NCBI RefSeq assembly: GCF_009914755.1 | Contig: NC_060937.1 | Length of the DNA: 64,000 bases | Reading direction: 5' to 3' (one strand) | Source: the human T2T-CHM13v2.0 reference genome, Homo sapiens | Shown: piece by piece, positions 17,126-41,105 of the stretch | How positions within the stretch are numbered: position 1 is the stretch's first letter | Layout of the letters: every line of letters begins with the position of its first letter | The notes under the pieces: generated by a model | Told to the model about the DNA's origin: nothing | The model's database searches: none | Seen by the model: the letters and a program-made list of their open reading frames with translations, nothing else | Program-made: the position numbers and the translations under genes

Positions 17126-18741
17126 GTCATGCTACGGGCCAGCTATGCCTCTTGTTATATAAATGGTTAATTAATGGCATCAGGTGAAGGGGGAAGGGAG
17201 ACGACAAAAACAAGGCCAGGTGGGGGCCCCCCTCTGGGATGGCATATCTAAAAAAGGTCCCTCTTTAGAGAGAACTCACCATAAGGCTACCAGATTTTTT
17301 CAACGCATCTTAAGCCCCTGCTTTGCATATTTTTTGAATACAGTTACATATTGACTATCTAGAGGCCCTAATTCCAAATATGTAAGATAAAATAAAACAA
17401 GTTCCATCTTGTCACCTGCTGCAATTGTATTCATACGCTGTAGACAGTGCTGAATACAACTCAAGCACAGAACAGATTTTGGAACAGCTGGGGATGGGGG
17501 AAGGAGAGGACTCACCAGCAGGAAGGGAGGAGGGAGGCGTGGTAAAGCCTTCCTTCTCCGGAACGGTGACTGCCGTGACTGGGCTTCTGCCACCTGCCCA
17601 GTGACAGCCCCCCTCCAGACCACAGAGTCTGCAACAGAACCTGAAGCCCCAATCCTCCTTATACGTTTCTTCTTTACATTATTTCAAACAGTTTTGTTGC
17701 CTTTGATCTTTTCCCCTAGAGCTTGCTCAGTGCTGGCCTTGTGCTGTCCTGCCTCTGATTCACAGGCTGTTCTTTGGGGTGTCCCTCTCTGAACCTCTGG
17801 GGATGCCCTTTTTTGTGCCACCTCCTGACTGTGCTTAGCACAGTGCAGCTCAGGGCCACTGGATACAGCTGTGCAGGATGTGCCCTAGAGAGGGCACCTG
17901 GTGAGGGGCACAAGAGGGGCTGGGCCAGTCATGCTCTACACTGTGCTGCAGCAGGAGCTAGAGTTGCCTTTCTGCTCTTCCATTTGCTGGAAAGCACTAA
18001 GGGGCACCTTTTTCCAGTTTGCATGTAAGTGCTGCCTTGTGTGCTAGTGGAGGCCCAGAGCAGGTCACCCATTGGTGCTTACTAAGTGCTCACTGAATGA
18101 ATGAATGCATGAACAAAATAACAAAATAGAGGCAATAAAGATAAATAAGAAGCTTTCATAGTCATTTAGGTCAAGTTTAAGGAAGCCCTAAACTAGAATG
18201 TAAATGTGTGATGGAAAGCAGGGGATAAACAGAGGAGCAGAAGCAACAGGTGGTGGATTGGATTAAGGTTCAAGGATGGCAAAGGAGAGAGGGAATAAAA
18301 ATTATCTCCTACCTGTAGTCACCAGTAATGCTTGACTCTTCCACAAGAAGAACAGGGACAGTGGGGTGCGGGTGAGTTCTACGCACCCAAGTCTGGAGAG
18401 GTGGCTTTGGTGAGGCAACAAGTTAACAGGAGTGATGCACCTCTGATGTCAGGCCCTGAAACAAGCAGTGCAGAGAGATGTGAGACCACCCCCACCCCCT
18501 CAGAGAGCTCATGCTCTAGGTAAGGATACCAGACACAGAATTTCTGGTGCTGGGCTGTGTCAACCAGCAGCACCCATGGGTGACAAGTGACAGTTAATAA
18601 TACTATAGTAGCTGTATCTACCTACTACTTGTTTTACTCTTCGGGATGAGCTTTCATGTGTGAGAAGTAGCTGTTATGTTGCTTCTCATTGAAGAAGACA
18701 TTGATGCTTCCTACCCCATCTCCTGACTGCCAGTCAAAACA

Positions 18742-18820
18742 TTAGGTTGAATCATATAAAATTACCATTTTGTAGGTCAAAAATGGTCAAATATCAGCAA
18801 TTTCATATAGTTCAGCTTAA
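18742..18820. mobile_element. MADE2 (mariner-derived palindromic MITE)
   Basis: TTAGGTTGAATCATATAAAATT...AATTTCATATAGTTCAGCTTAA terminal inverted repeats, about 80 bp, TA at the right flank. Confidence 0.85.
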
Positions 18821-19986
18821 TACATTCCACTATTTTTGCTGTTTGAGACCTTTTAAATGCTTTTATTGGCTTAAGTCAATTATAAAAGGAGATTTTTGAT
18901 TACCGGTTCAATCTCCTTACTAGTCAGACTCGCTATTTATCTAGGTTATTCAGATTTTCTGTTTCTTCACAGTTTAGTCTTGGAATTTGTCCATTTCATC
19001 TAGGTTATTCAATTGGTTGGCATACAATTGTTCATAGTACTGTCTTATGATCTTTTATTTCCATAGAATCAGTAGTAATATCCCCATTTCCATTGCTGAT
19101 TTTAGTAATTTGAGTCTTCTTTTTTCTTAGCCTACTAGCTAAAAGTTTGTCAGTTTTGTTGATCTTTTAAAAAAATCAACTCTTCATTTCATTGATTTTC
19201 TCTGTTGCTTTTCTGTTCTCAACTTCATTATCACTGCTCTTATATGGCTTTTATAATTGCCTATGCATTTACCTTTACTAAGATGTTTATTTCTTCATGT
19301 GGGTCCAAGTTACTGACCAGCATTTTTTCATTTCATGTTTTCATATACCTTTGGGCCTTCATTTCACTCTGCACCTAAGCATTTCTTGCAGGGCAGCTCT
19401 ACTGGTGACAAACTCCCTTGGCTTTTTAAAATCTGGGAATGTCTGAATTTCTCCCTCACTTTGAAGGACAGTTTTTCCAGACATAGGATTCCTAGCTGAC
19501 AGGTCTTTTCCTTTTAGCACTTTGAATATATTGGCCCATTGCCTTTTGGCTTCCAAAGTTTCTGATGAAAAATCTGCTGATCATCTTACTGAAGATACCT
19601 TGTATGTGATGATTGGTATCTCTCTTGCTATTTTGAAAATTCTTTCCTTTTTTATTGATAAGAGATATACATAGTTTCAGGATACATGTGATAATTTAAT
19701 ACAGTCATATAATTTGTAAAGATCAAAGCACCATACTCAGGATATCTGTCACTTTAAATATTTGTCTATTCTTTATGCTAGAACCATTTCAGTTCTTTTC
19801 TTCTAGCTATTTGGAAATATACAATAGATTATTGTAAACTACAGTCACCCTACTGATCTGTTTAACACTAGGTCTTACTTCTTTATCAAACCATATATTT
19901 ATACCCATAATCAACTTCTCTTCATACCCACTTTTCCTCTACCCTTCTCAGCCTCTGGTAACCGTTAATATTTTCTGTCTTTGGGG

Positions 19987-20286
<300 letters not shown>

Positions 20287-22438
20287 CTATCTTCACAAGA
20301 TTTGTATTTTTAGCTCCCACATATGAGTGACAACATGCAATATTTGTCTTTCAGTGCTTGGCTTATTTCACTTAACGTAATGACCTCCAGTACAATCCAT
20401 GTTGCTGCAAATGACAGGATTTCATTCTTTTTTATGGCAAATTTTACACACACACATTCACGTAACAGTTTCTTTATGCATTGATAGACACTTTGATTGG
20501 TTCCATATTTTGGCTATTATGAATAGGGTAGCAGTGAACATAGGAGTGAACATACTCATTTTGATATATTCATTTCCTTTCTTTTGGATATATACTGAGT
20601 AGTAGAATTGCTGGATCACAGCACAGTTCTCTTTTTAGTTTCTTTGAGGAACCTCAATACTGTTCTCCATAGTGGCTATACTAATTTACATTTTCATCAA
20701 CAGTGTACAAGGGTTCCCTTTTCTCCACATCCTCACCAGCACTCGTTACTGACCATCTTTTGGATCAAAGCTGTTTCAACTGGGGTGAGATGATATCTTA
20801 TTGTAGTTTTGATTTGCATTCCTCTGATGACTAGTGATGTTACCATTTTTTCATATACTTGGCCATTTGTATGTCTTCATTTCAGAAATATCTGTTCAGA
20901 CCTTTTGTCTGTTTTTAAATTGGATTTTTTGTTTTTTGCTGTTCAGTTGTTTGAGCTCCTTATATATTCTGGTTATTAATTTCTTGTCAGATGGGTAGTT
21001 TCTAAATATTTTCTCTCATTCAGCAGATTGTCTCATCATTTTTTTTATTGTTTCCTTTGCTGCGCAGAAGTTTTTTTTAGCTTGATGTAATCCCATTTGT
21101 CTTTTTTGCTTTGGTTGCCTGTGCTTTTGGGGTCTTACACAAAAATTTTTGGCCAGACCAATGTCCTGGAGCATTTCCCCAGTGTTTTTTTTCTAGTAGT
21201 TTCAAAGTTTCAGGTCTTAGATTTAAGTCTTTGATCCATTTTTACTTGATTTTTGTGTATGGTGAGAGATAGGGGTCTAGTTTCATTCTTCTGAATGTAT
21301 TTATCCAGCTTTCCCAGCACCACTGAAGAGACAGTTCTTTCCTCACTGCATGTTTGTGGAGACTTTGTCAAAGATGAGTTGCTCATAAATGCGTGGATTT
21401 ATATTTGGGTTCTCCATTCTGTTCCACTGGTCTATGTGCCTGTGTCTGTTTTTATGCGGGTACCATGCTGATTTGGTTATAATAACTTTGTAGTAAATTT
21501 TGAAGTCAGGTAGTGTGATGCTTCCAGCTTTGTTTGTTTTGTTCAGGATTGCTTTGACTATTCAGAGTCTCTTGTGGTTCCATATAAATTTTAGAACATT
21601 TTTCCTTTTCTATGAAGAATATCATTGGTACTTTGATAGGGATTGCATTGAATTTGTAAACTGCTTTAAGTAGTCTTGTCATTTTAATGATATTAAAGCT
21701 GTGAACATAGATTAGAATATCTTTCCATTTTTTGATGTGTCCTCCAAAATTTCTTTCATTGGTGTTTTATAGTTTTCCTTGTAGAGAGATCTTTTATTTA
21801 TTTGGTTAAATTTGGTTGCTAGGTTTTTAATATTATTTATAGCTATTATAAATAGAATTGCTTTCTTGATATCTTTTTCATATTGTTCACTGCTGGTGAA
21901 TATAAATGCTGCTGATTTCTGTATGTTGATTTTGTATTTTGCAACTTTACTGAATTAGTTCATCAGTTCTAACAGCTGTTTGGTGGAATCTCTGTTTTTC
22001 TAAGTATAAGATCATGTTATCTGTGAACAAGGCTAATTTGACTTCTTCTTTTCCAGTTTGGATACCCTTTATTTTTTTCTCTTGCCTAATTGCTCTGGTC
22101 AGGATCTTCTAGTATTATATTAAATACAAGTGGCAAAAGTGGGTATCCCTATCTTGTTCTAGATCTTAGAGGAAAGTCCTTAATTTCTCCCTGTTCAGGA
22201 TGATGTTAGCTATGGGTTTGTCATATATGACCCCTATATTTTGAGGTATGTTCTTCTTATATCTGGTTTGATGAGGGTTTTGATCATAAAGCGATGCTGA
22301 ATTTTATCAAATGCTTTTTTGGCATCCATTGAAATAATCATATAGTCTTTGTTCTTGGTTCTGTTAATGTGATGTATCATGTTTATTTATTTGCATATGT
22401 TGGATCATCCTCGCATCCCTGGGATTAATCTCACTTGA

Positions 22439-25065
<2,627 letters not shown>

Positions 25066-27068
25066 AAATTTGGTCTTTTGAGGTAATTTTCTGTATCTTG
25101 TAGGCAATCTTTGTTGATTCTCATTTTTTAAAGATTTTTTTCTCCTTTATGTATTTTCAAATAGCCTATCTTTAGGCTCAATGATTCTTACCTCTGCTTG
25201 ATCCATTCTTCTTTGGAAAGCCTCTAAGGAATTCTTCAGCTCTGCAAACATATTTCTCCGTTCTAAGATTTCTGCTTGATTTCTTTTTATTATTTCAACC
25301 TCTTTGCTAAGTTTATTTGATAAATTTCTGAACTGCTTTTCTGTGGTATCTTAAAGATCACTGAGTTTCCTTAGAACTTCTATTCTGAATTCTTGGTTAG
25401 AGAGCTTACATATCATCCTCTCATTTAGAGTGAGTTGCTGGTTCCTTGCTATGTCCCTTTGGGGAGATCATGATTCCCTGTTTGCTGTTGTTTCCTGTTG
25501 ATGTGTATGTCTTTGCATTGAAGGATTATTCATTTAATCTAGTCTTCTCTGGCTGGCTTGTTTTTGTATTTTATTGGATACATTTGCTTAGAGGCTTTTT
25601 GCTGCTGGGTCACTGCCTCCTTTTTAGCTCTAGGTGGAGCCTTAAACCCAGGTTCACCTCAGCTCTTAGTAAACTATCAGAACGCTGCTCTTCCTGAATG
25701 GGGGAGGTCCCCAGGGGATTTTCTTGGCAGGGTGGGAAGGCTGGCTAGGGGTCCATGCCCAGGGGATCTGTGGGACAAACCTCCTATAGTGTGGTACTGC
25801 TAAACAGCCACTCTGATTTGGCATCTCCTTTTGCTGAGTTACACAACAGAGATTCCAGAGCTGGGGATGGTAGTCCCACCTCCCTGCTTTGCCTCTGTCT
25901 GTCCTCAGGGATATTTCTCCCTTCAGGCACTTGCGATGCTTCCCATGGATTAAGGCAGAGCAGGCCTCCTGCCAGGGAACCCAAGATGGTAGAGAAGCTG
26001 AATGTCCACCTCAATTGCACTTTTTCCAGTGTAGAAACCTTGAGTTGGAGGAAATGTTTTTGCATGCCTGGTGATCGGCATAATGTGGGGAATGTTGTTA
26101 TGGATGTAGAAATCCAATTGTCTTACCATCTGCTCAGGGTTTTTTCTGGGGTCCTGGGAACTGTCTCATCTTCATATTTGAGTTCTGAGGTCCTTCTGGT
26201 GATAATTTCAGCACTGTATATTTGTTTTTATTTTTCTGTTGGGGAGGGGTGGGTACTAAAGCCAGCTTACTTCTATGCCACCATTTCAGAACTGGAAGTC
26301 TTTCACTTTTGAAAGTTTGATTTTAGTGTGTCTAGATGTGGGTGTCTTTGAGTTCATCTTACTTGGAGTTCATTTAACTTCTTGGATGTTTGTATTCAAG
26401 TCTTTCACCAAATTTGGAGAGTTTTCAGCCATTATCTTTTCAAAATACTCTTGCTACCCTTTTCTCTCTCCTTATCCTTCTGGAATTCCCACAGTGTGTG
26501 TGTGTGTCTGCCTGATGGTGTCCCACAGGTCCTTTAGGCTCTATTCACTTCTCTTCAGTCTTTTTTCTGATCCTCAGACTTGATAATTTCCATTGTCCTC
26601 TCTTCAAGTTTGCTAATTCTTTCTTCTGCCTGCCAAATCTGCCTTTGAATCCCTCTAGTGAATTTTTCATTTCAATTATTGTACTTTTCAGTTCTGGGGT
26701 TTGTGGTATCTTTTTAAGTTTTCTATCTCTTTACTGGTATTTCCATTTTGTTCATACGTCATTATCTTGATGTCCTTCACTTCTTCCTTTAGTTCTTTGA
26801 GCATCTTTAAGACAGTTGTTTTAAAGTCTTTGCCATCAGGTCTCTTTCAGGGACCGTTTCTGTTGACTTATTTTTCTTCCTTTGACTGGGCCATATTTTC
26901 ATCTTTCTTCATATGTCTTGTGATTTTTTTGTTGTTGAAAAGTGAATGTTTGAATCTAACAGTGTGGTATCTAGAAATCAGATTCTCCCCCTTCCCTGGG
27001 CTCACTGTTTTTGTTTACTTATTTGATGGTTGTATACTGTGTGTATGCTGAGGAAAATATAAGCCTGA

Positions 27069-27710
<642 letters not shown>

Positions 27711-28954
27711 TCTCAGGTCTTTTCTGAGCCTTTCTCTGGGCATCCATGGTCATTTCTATTTTCCCCTATATATATGTGTTTGTTTTTGAATGTCCTAGTC
27801 TTTAATGTCTGGCTTCTAAAAGGGAAAAAAGCAAAAAATTAATGGGGGAGGTGCTGGCCCTTTAAATTACCTGGAGGTCACTTCAGCCCAAGGGAGAGGG
27901 GCTTGCAACATTGGAGGGACATACAATAACAGTGGCTCTCAGCCTCTTTGTCTGCACTTCTGTGATTAGAACCAGCAATCAGTGATCAGAGCACAGATCC
28001 TTGATATTTGGAGGGTCAGGGTCTTTGTTTCTGCCTACCCTGGCTCCCTCAAGCTATGTGCAGGTTGCTCCAGGAACATGGGCACAGCTGCCTACCATGT
28101 GACTGAGAGGTGGGGGATGGGTAGCTGCTGCTCTGCTAAGAGCTGAAGTTGACCAAAATTAACTACTATTTAATATCCAAGCCTTCCCCGAGAAGTTGCA
28201 AGCCTTCAATAGATTCCAAGTGGTTTCAAAATAGTTACAGCAGGAAGATTTTGCTAATGCAGTTGTCTGGGTGGGGAAGATTGCTGGTGCTTTCTACTCC
28301 ACCATCTTCCCCCTCTCTTAGATTTTCACATGTGTGGTTACATTAAATCCTGATGAGCAGAGAATTTGCCCCAAACATTTCTTGGTATTTTTAGGGAAAT
28401 GTATATGTTGCAAATTCTAGTCTCCAGTGTGAATGATAAGTAAAATGTGGTTGTTGCTGTTACATCATTATGTTTTTTCCCTGTTTTTAGATAAACCAGA
28501 TATTTTCAATCAATGAAAAACGATGACAGATATTTCAGGCAGTCTTCAATTAGCTGGCAATAATATGTTTTATATTAAATGAAATGTTTCGTAAGCCATG
28601 TACACTTTTAAAATCCATCTCTATCTCACCATACCTCACATGATACAGTGCTTATGTTGTGGCAAAATAAGACCCAGACTCAAGTTTTAGAATTCCTTAA
28701 GGTAAGGTCGGCTACAAGAAGGAATGAGGGCCCCCACACAAACTTGCAAGGCCCCAAAAGACAGTGATTTTTCTTGAGATACATTAAGTCACAAGCACAC
28801 TAATCATGGTGAAATGTTACAACCGTGCAAAGTATTTGATAGTGTTAACTACTGATGTCCAGGGTTTTCATGAAGATATAGCTGACATATATATTTTTTA
28901 AGATCATGCTATTTATCTAGGGAGAGTAAAACATCAGTTTGCCAGGGTTTTAAC

Positions 28955-30230
<1,276 letters not shown>

Positions 30231-30279
30231 TAAGGCCTAATTGGCAGTCTTCATGACATAGAACTTCATCTCTTATGGG

Positions 30280-30437
30280 CAGGGTTGGCTTCATGGACAT
30301 GTAATTTGTGCTCTTAGACATACCTAGTGCTGATATAATATTCTTCTGTTGCCATTGTGAAGTTCTTAATAAATTATAAACAAAGACCTCTGCATTTTCA
30401 TTTTCACCGGGCCCCGCAAATTGTATCGCTCGTCCTG
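30280..30437 (+). mobile_element. MER91A-like (hAT-Tip100 MITE)
   Basis: CAGGGTTGGCTTCATGG...GCATTTTCATTTTCACCGGGCCCCGCAAATT...GTCCTG. 8-bp TSD CTTATGGG / ATTATGGG. Confidence 0.8.
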
Positions 30438-30719
30438 ATTATGGGAGCTGATTTCATCTTCCTTTACCATATCGTATGAGCTAAAGCATGGTTTTCACGG
30501 GATAAACTATGGAACAGGCAAGGGTGGTGGTAAGCCAAAGGAGCTTCTGGCCAACACTTTTTATTTCTACCAGAGACTGAACTTGGTATGATAGGCAAGG
30601 GAAAGAAAGAGCATAGTTTAGAAGCAGGCAGGGGCTACTGACAGCTAGAGATTCTCCATTAATAACAACAGCAGCTGCTGGTACTCCTGCTACACCCACG
30701 ACCATTTCAAGTAGCTAAA

Positions 30720-30860
30720 ATATCTGCCAGGCTCTGGCTAAGTGCTTCATGTTCATTATTTCCTTTAACTTAATCTTCTCAACAACCTACAAATTGAGTA
30801 TTATTTTTATAGATGAAGAATCCAAAGTTACCAGTAATTAAGTTGCCTACAATTATAGAG
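30720..30860 (-). mobile_element. MIR fragment
   Basis: TGCCAGGC...CTAAGTGCTT...TTAATCTTCTCAACAACC...TTTTATAGATGAAGAA. Confidence 0.65.
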
Positions 30861-31298
30861 GCATTCACTGTCCTTCCTACTCACTTAAAAAGAACCAGTC
30901 TATCTTGTCTTGTTAAAATTGGATGTGAATCACCAATTTTCGCCCTTTAAAAGATGTATTGGCAGGGCAAGGGCCATAGACTTCGTTAGTTTTTTTTTTC
31001 TACTTTTTTACTTTTAGGTATAATTGTAGATAGTATTGTTGTTTAGTACCTTTTGGATAGATATTTTCTTTCCTTTTTCTCCATAGATGCTATCTAGACA
31101 GTATAACAATACTGGAAGTGTTTTCCAAGAAGAAATACATACACCCTCCTCTTTGTCTCAGAAGATGTCAGTAAACAGTCCTATCTATTTTTTAAACCTC
31201 AGCCAAAATAACATTTAGTTCATTGATTATCTCTGCTATTATTGTTTTCTTAGTTTTTATGTGTGATTGTATTCTACCATAATTTTAAAAGATTATCC

Positions 31299-31600
<302 letters not shown>

Positions 31601-31707
31601 AGATTATCCATGTGTTCTATTTTAATTTTGCATTAAAATATAGTTTTTCACAAGTTTATAAATACAGAAATCTCATTCTGGACTAACCCCAATCACGTGT
31701 CTTGCAG

Positions 31708-31894
31708 GAAAGCGTCTCTAGCAGCTGATATCCCCAGACTTGGATATAGTTCCTCATCCCATCACAAGTACATCCCCCGGAGGGCAGTGCTTTATGTACC
31801 TGGAAATGATGAAAAGAAAATAAAGAAGATTCCATCCCTGAATGTAGATTGTGCAGTGCTCGACTGTGAGGATGGAGTGGCTGCAAACAAAAAG
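31708..31894 (+). CDS. CLYBL: CLYBL coding exon 2 (citramalyl-CoA lyase, mitochondrial; CitE/HpcH-HpaI family), 187 nt, phase 2 start, phase 0 end
   Basis: Translates KASLAADIPRLGYSSSSHHKYIPRRAVLYVPGNDEKKIKKIPSLNVDCAVLDCEDGVAANKK, matching human CLYBL as I recall it, with CitE-family RRxxLYVPG and DCEDGV motifs. Acceptor ttgcAG at 31706-7, branch point GACTAAC at 31681-7, donor AAG|GTAATG at 31895. Confidence 0.97.
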
Positions 31895-32204
31895 GTAATG
31901 GCATGATTTTAGTATGAGAAAAAGAAAGGTATTGAAATTTGCTTCTCTTCCGAATAGTGACATTGCCCGCTATTTGGAAAGATTCTACCACACTCATCTT
32001 TTGCTGATTATTAACAATTCTTTGATCTGCTTTTATATAGGTTCTAAATGTGTATCTCTTTTCTCTGAGAGAAAGGAAGAATCCCACCAAAATATATTTT
32101 AAAATCACGACCTTCAGTAGATGAGACTATGTGTATGTATAGATAAAAAGATGGACAATCAATTTTGGCCATGATGTTTGCCGGTCTAGGTAAATGAGTG
32201 ACAT

Positions 32205-32549
32205 CAGGGGTCCCCAATCCCCAGGCCATGGACCAGTACAGGCCACAATACAGGCCTGTTAGGAACTGGGCCAGAACCCAGGAGATGAGCAGTGGGTGAA
32301 CAAGCATTATGGCCTAAGCTCTGCCTCCTGTCAGATCAGCAGTGGCATTAGATTCTCAAGGAGCACGACCCTGTTGTGAACTGCGCACGTGAAGGATCTA
32401 GGTTGCACGCTCCTTGTAAGAATCTAACTAATGCCTGATGATCTGAGGTGGAACAGTTTCATCCGAAACCATTGCGCCGCCCCACCTCCCATGGAATAAT
32501 TACCCTCCACAAAACAGGTCCCTGGTGCCAAAAAGGTTGGGGACCACTG
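32205..32549 (+). mobile_element. MER1B (hAT-Charlie)
   Basis: CAGGGGTCCCCAA...CTGTCAGATCAGCAGTGGCATTAGATTCTC...GGTCCCTGGTGCCAAAAAGGTTGGGGACCACTG. Confidence 0.9.
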
Positions 32550-32831
32550 AATTAGATAATTCTAAAATTGTGGTGTAAGATTTTCAGACTGATAAAATGC
32601 AACTAGGAAGTTCTTTCTTCTTCTTACCACCAGGTATACTGAGTAATGGTCTTTTCTCTTCTGGGATACGTGTCAAGAGAATAAAACATAGTTTTTCATG
32701 GATAAATCACCATTTTCTCTACTTAATTTAAGGGAAATGACACATAGAACCTTAGTGGTTGGCTGTAGCTTCTGGCTTATTTCCTCATGGCCTGACCAAA
32801 GAGATGAGCCTTAGAAAATATCCAACTTGTA

Positions 32832-33200
<369 letters not shown>

Positions 33201-33789
33201 TTATTTTGTTTTGCTCAACTTTGTTTTCTATGGTTTTCTAATGAACATGGATTCATTCAATGATTAGTTGAGATATATAAATCATTATAACAATAACTTA
33301 CATTTGCATGGAACTTTTAAAGTTAAAAACATGAGTTCGCTTGACCTTTATCTATCCAGGCCCTAGACAATGAGGTTGGGCTGGGAATGGGTCGTGGGGC
33401 GGGGGATGAGGGAGCTGGCTCTCTGGATTTATGCCTACTTGAAAGTTTCTTGCCCCAGGTGACCTGAAACAACGTGGCTGTACTATACAATTTTCTGGAT
33501 TAATTGCTTTTTCTGGAGTTTCTAGCAAATATTTGCCTTAATTTTAAAGAAAAAATTTAATTTCCAGTATCTTCCTAATGGTCAAACTAAGGCTTTCCAA
33601 GTATTTGGAAAAGGATTAGAATGAGCCTGTGGAATCTAAAATGTCTACTCAACATCTTTGGCATGTGCCAAGGAAAATACTATTAATCCTTCTCCCAGAG
33701 ATTAAAGTAAATAGGCCTTTTTCTGAAGGCTGTAATATGATTTCAGTATGCTCCTTCCCATAACTCATGTAGTGCACTCCAAGATTCGA

Positions 33790-33960
33790 TGCTAACTTGT
33801 AATTCCAGTTCTGTGTGACCCAGGGCAATTCACTTTACTTCTTTGCCTCAATTTCTTATCTGTACTGTAGGGATGACAATATCTTCTTTTGTCAGGGACA
33901 GGGTTTATTATGAGAAAAAAGTTGATAAAGTACCTGGGAGTAGCTTGATTTCCTATAGGA
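33790..33960 (+). mobile_element. MIR fragment
   Basis: CTGTGTGACCCAGGGCAATTCACTT...TGCCTCAATTTCTTATCTGTA core. Confidence 0.7.
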
Positions 33961-34395
33961 AATAGATAAATCCTGTAGTAATCATGATTAGAGGGGAATT
34001 TATTGTAGCATTGTAGCACAGTGAGCCATTAGGTGCCCTGATAAACTTCTAATTATAGTTCTTCACAAATCTTGAGGCTGTCCTCCAATACCCACCTGAG
34101 AATGTTTTCTGCCACTCAAATGAGTTGGAAATATAGTCTATTTCTGCTTTACATTTCCTTATTGTTTATCTGGGTTCCGAAGCCATCCTTATCTCCATAG
34201 TAGTAGCAGCTGTGCTACCACTTAGGGGAAACCTGAGGAGGAGAAGGGAAAGAAGAGTTAATGATTGCCCACCATCTTGAAGTACATATGTCCACATCGA
34301 GTCTTTACTAGGACATTTTCATTCTCCTAATGCAGCTGGACATTGCAATGTGCTAGACATACTGTTTTAGGCATCCTAAGCTCAGAGTCAGCTAA

Positions 34396-34692
<297 letters not shown>

Positions 34693-34765
34693 AAAATTCT
34701 CTTTTTCATCCATAGAAACTTCCGGAAAGCCAAGCTGGTCTTTGTTTAAAATAATAATAACAATA

Positions 34766-35419
<654 letters not shown>

Positions 35420-35761
35420 CTAGGACTTAATTTTATCTGACATATTTCACATCATAGCCCTAGCCTGTCAAGGTCTTTTTGGATTTTGATTTCATTATCC
35501 AACATTTATATCATCTGAGAATTTGACATGCACATCATATGAAAATTTAACAAGTTTCAGGGAAATTTTGAAGAGGTTGGGGCCAAGTGCTGCACAAGCA
35601 TGCCGCTAAAAACTTCTTTTCCGGTTTATTGAACAGAGACGTATATAGTGCTGACGATATGCTGGGCGCTGTAATTTGCATGACAAGCCATTGAGGTGCT
35701 ATGATTACATTCATTTTACAAGTAAGGAAATTGAAGCACAGAGATATCCAGTTCATGCACG

Positions 35762-38338
<2,577 letters not shown>

Positions 38339-38383
38339 TAATTGTCATTTATTTGGTCTCTTGCTTGAAATATAACATACAAA

Positions 38384-38628
38384 AGAGTGCTTCCCAAAGT
38401 CTATGATGAAGAACCAGTTTAGTTATCCAATCCATTGTGGACTGATACTTTTGTAAAATACAATACAAATGAATTGCTATAAAAATTAAATGCTGGTTGG
38501 GTGACAGCAATGTCAGGTGCTACAGGAGTTTCTAAACTGTTACTCTCCAAGGTTGCACTTAATCATAGTGGCATGGTAAAGTTTCAGGGACTGAGACTGG
38601 GCCACAAACCATACCTTGAGTAGCAAGG
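38384..38628 (-). mobile_element. MER119-like hAT-Charlie fossil
   Basis: GTGGACTGATACTTTTGTAAAATACAAT...AATGAATT...GCAATGTC...CCATACCTTGAGTAGCA. Confidence 0.7.
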
Positions 38629-39273
38629 ACTTAAATTTCCAAGTGTAGGAGAGTTTTTTGTTTTTTGTTTTTTTCAATTTATCTTTTTGTTGCTGAGCTC
38701 TAGCATAGTGACATGGTGGGTGGTTAGAGAAATGTGATGTGAATGGTGATGATTCTTTGAAATTTGTCATTCTGCTTCATGACCAACTACATTAGCCATT
38801 TTTTGTAACTGTTCCATGTGCTGAAGAAGAAAGTATATTTTCTACTTACTAGATGCAGAGTTCTATATATTTTCTATTAGACCAAGCCTGTTAATTATGT
38901 TATTCAAATATACAAATCTTTACCGACTTCTATCTGCTTGATGTGTCAAAAATTGAGAGAGTCTAGTTGAAATCTATTCTCCAATAGAAAATTTGCCAAT
39001 GTCTTTAGGTATATACACATTTAGAATTACTACATATTCCTGGCATATTGATTCATCTATTTCTATGTACTGACCATCTTTATCCCTTATAATGCATTTT
39101 GCTTGAATGTTTATGTGGTCTGATCGTAATACAGCAACATCAACTTTCCTTAGGTTGGCATTTGCTCAGTGTAACATTTTCATCCTTTTGCTTTCAAAGT
39201 GTCCATATCTTTGTATTTTAATTACGTCTCCTATTTTTAAAAAATTTCTATATCCATGTTGACAATTTCACTC

Positions 39274-40659
<1,386 letters not shown>

Positions 40660-41105
40660 AGTTTGTTTATTTTCTTAGTTCATTCTTTCCTCTCTTAGTT
40701 TATAAGTTAGGACTGTGTTTGTAATTTTTATTGGTTACTCTTGAAATTTTACTAAGCACGCTTAACAATGCCTAAAATTAATCCATATCTTTCTTCTGGA
40801 CAGCTCAAGAACCTTGGAAAACTTTAAATCCAGTTATTTCTCTCGCACTGTATGCGTTATTTTTGCTCAATATTTTAGTTATCTCTCTTTAATCCTATAC
40901 ATTTTATATTATTGCTATCTACAGTATTTCTTTATATTATCTTACATATTTTCCCACTTTTTTTTTGCTTATCATTTGTTTTGTATCTCAGATCTTCCTG
41001 GGGTCAGTTTTCTTTCTCTTCAGGTGCAACTTTCAGAATTTCCCTATAGTGAAAGTTGGTTGATCATAAAGTTTACATTTTTGTTTTTTTTGAAAATGTC
41101 TTTAT

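Noticed and set aside
18319-18525. Possible cryptic exon (acceptor 18318; donors 18372 and 18520)
   Set aside because: Short, interrupted pyrimidine tract after a purine-rich stretch. Not distinguishable from background pseudo-sites.
18742-18820. 80-bp hairpin as a novel miRNA precursor
   Set aside because: Explained by MADE2 terminal inverted repeats. No expression evidence.
25755-26312. 185-aa ORF
   Set aside because: Lies antisense in an old L1 5' region, with no recognisable domain or exon structure.
31697-31906. 69-aa ORF as a stand-alone small protein
   Set aside because: It is CLYBL exon 2 read through its splice sites. The GTG start and the VMA end are intronic.
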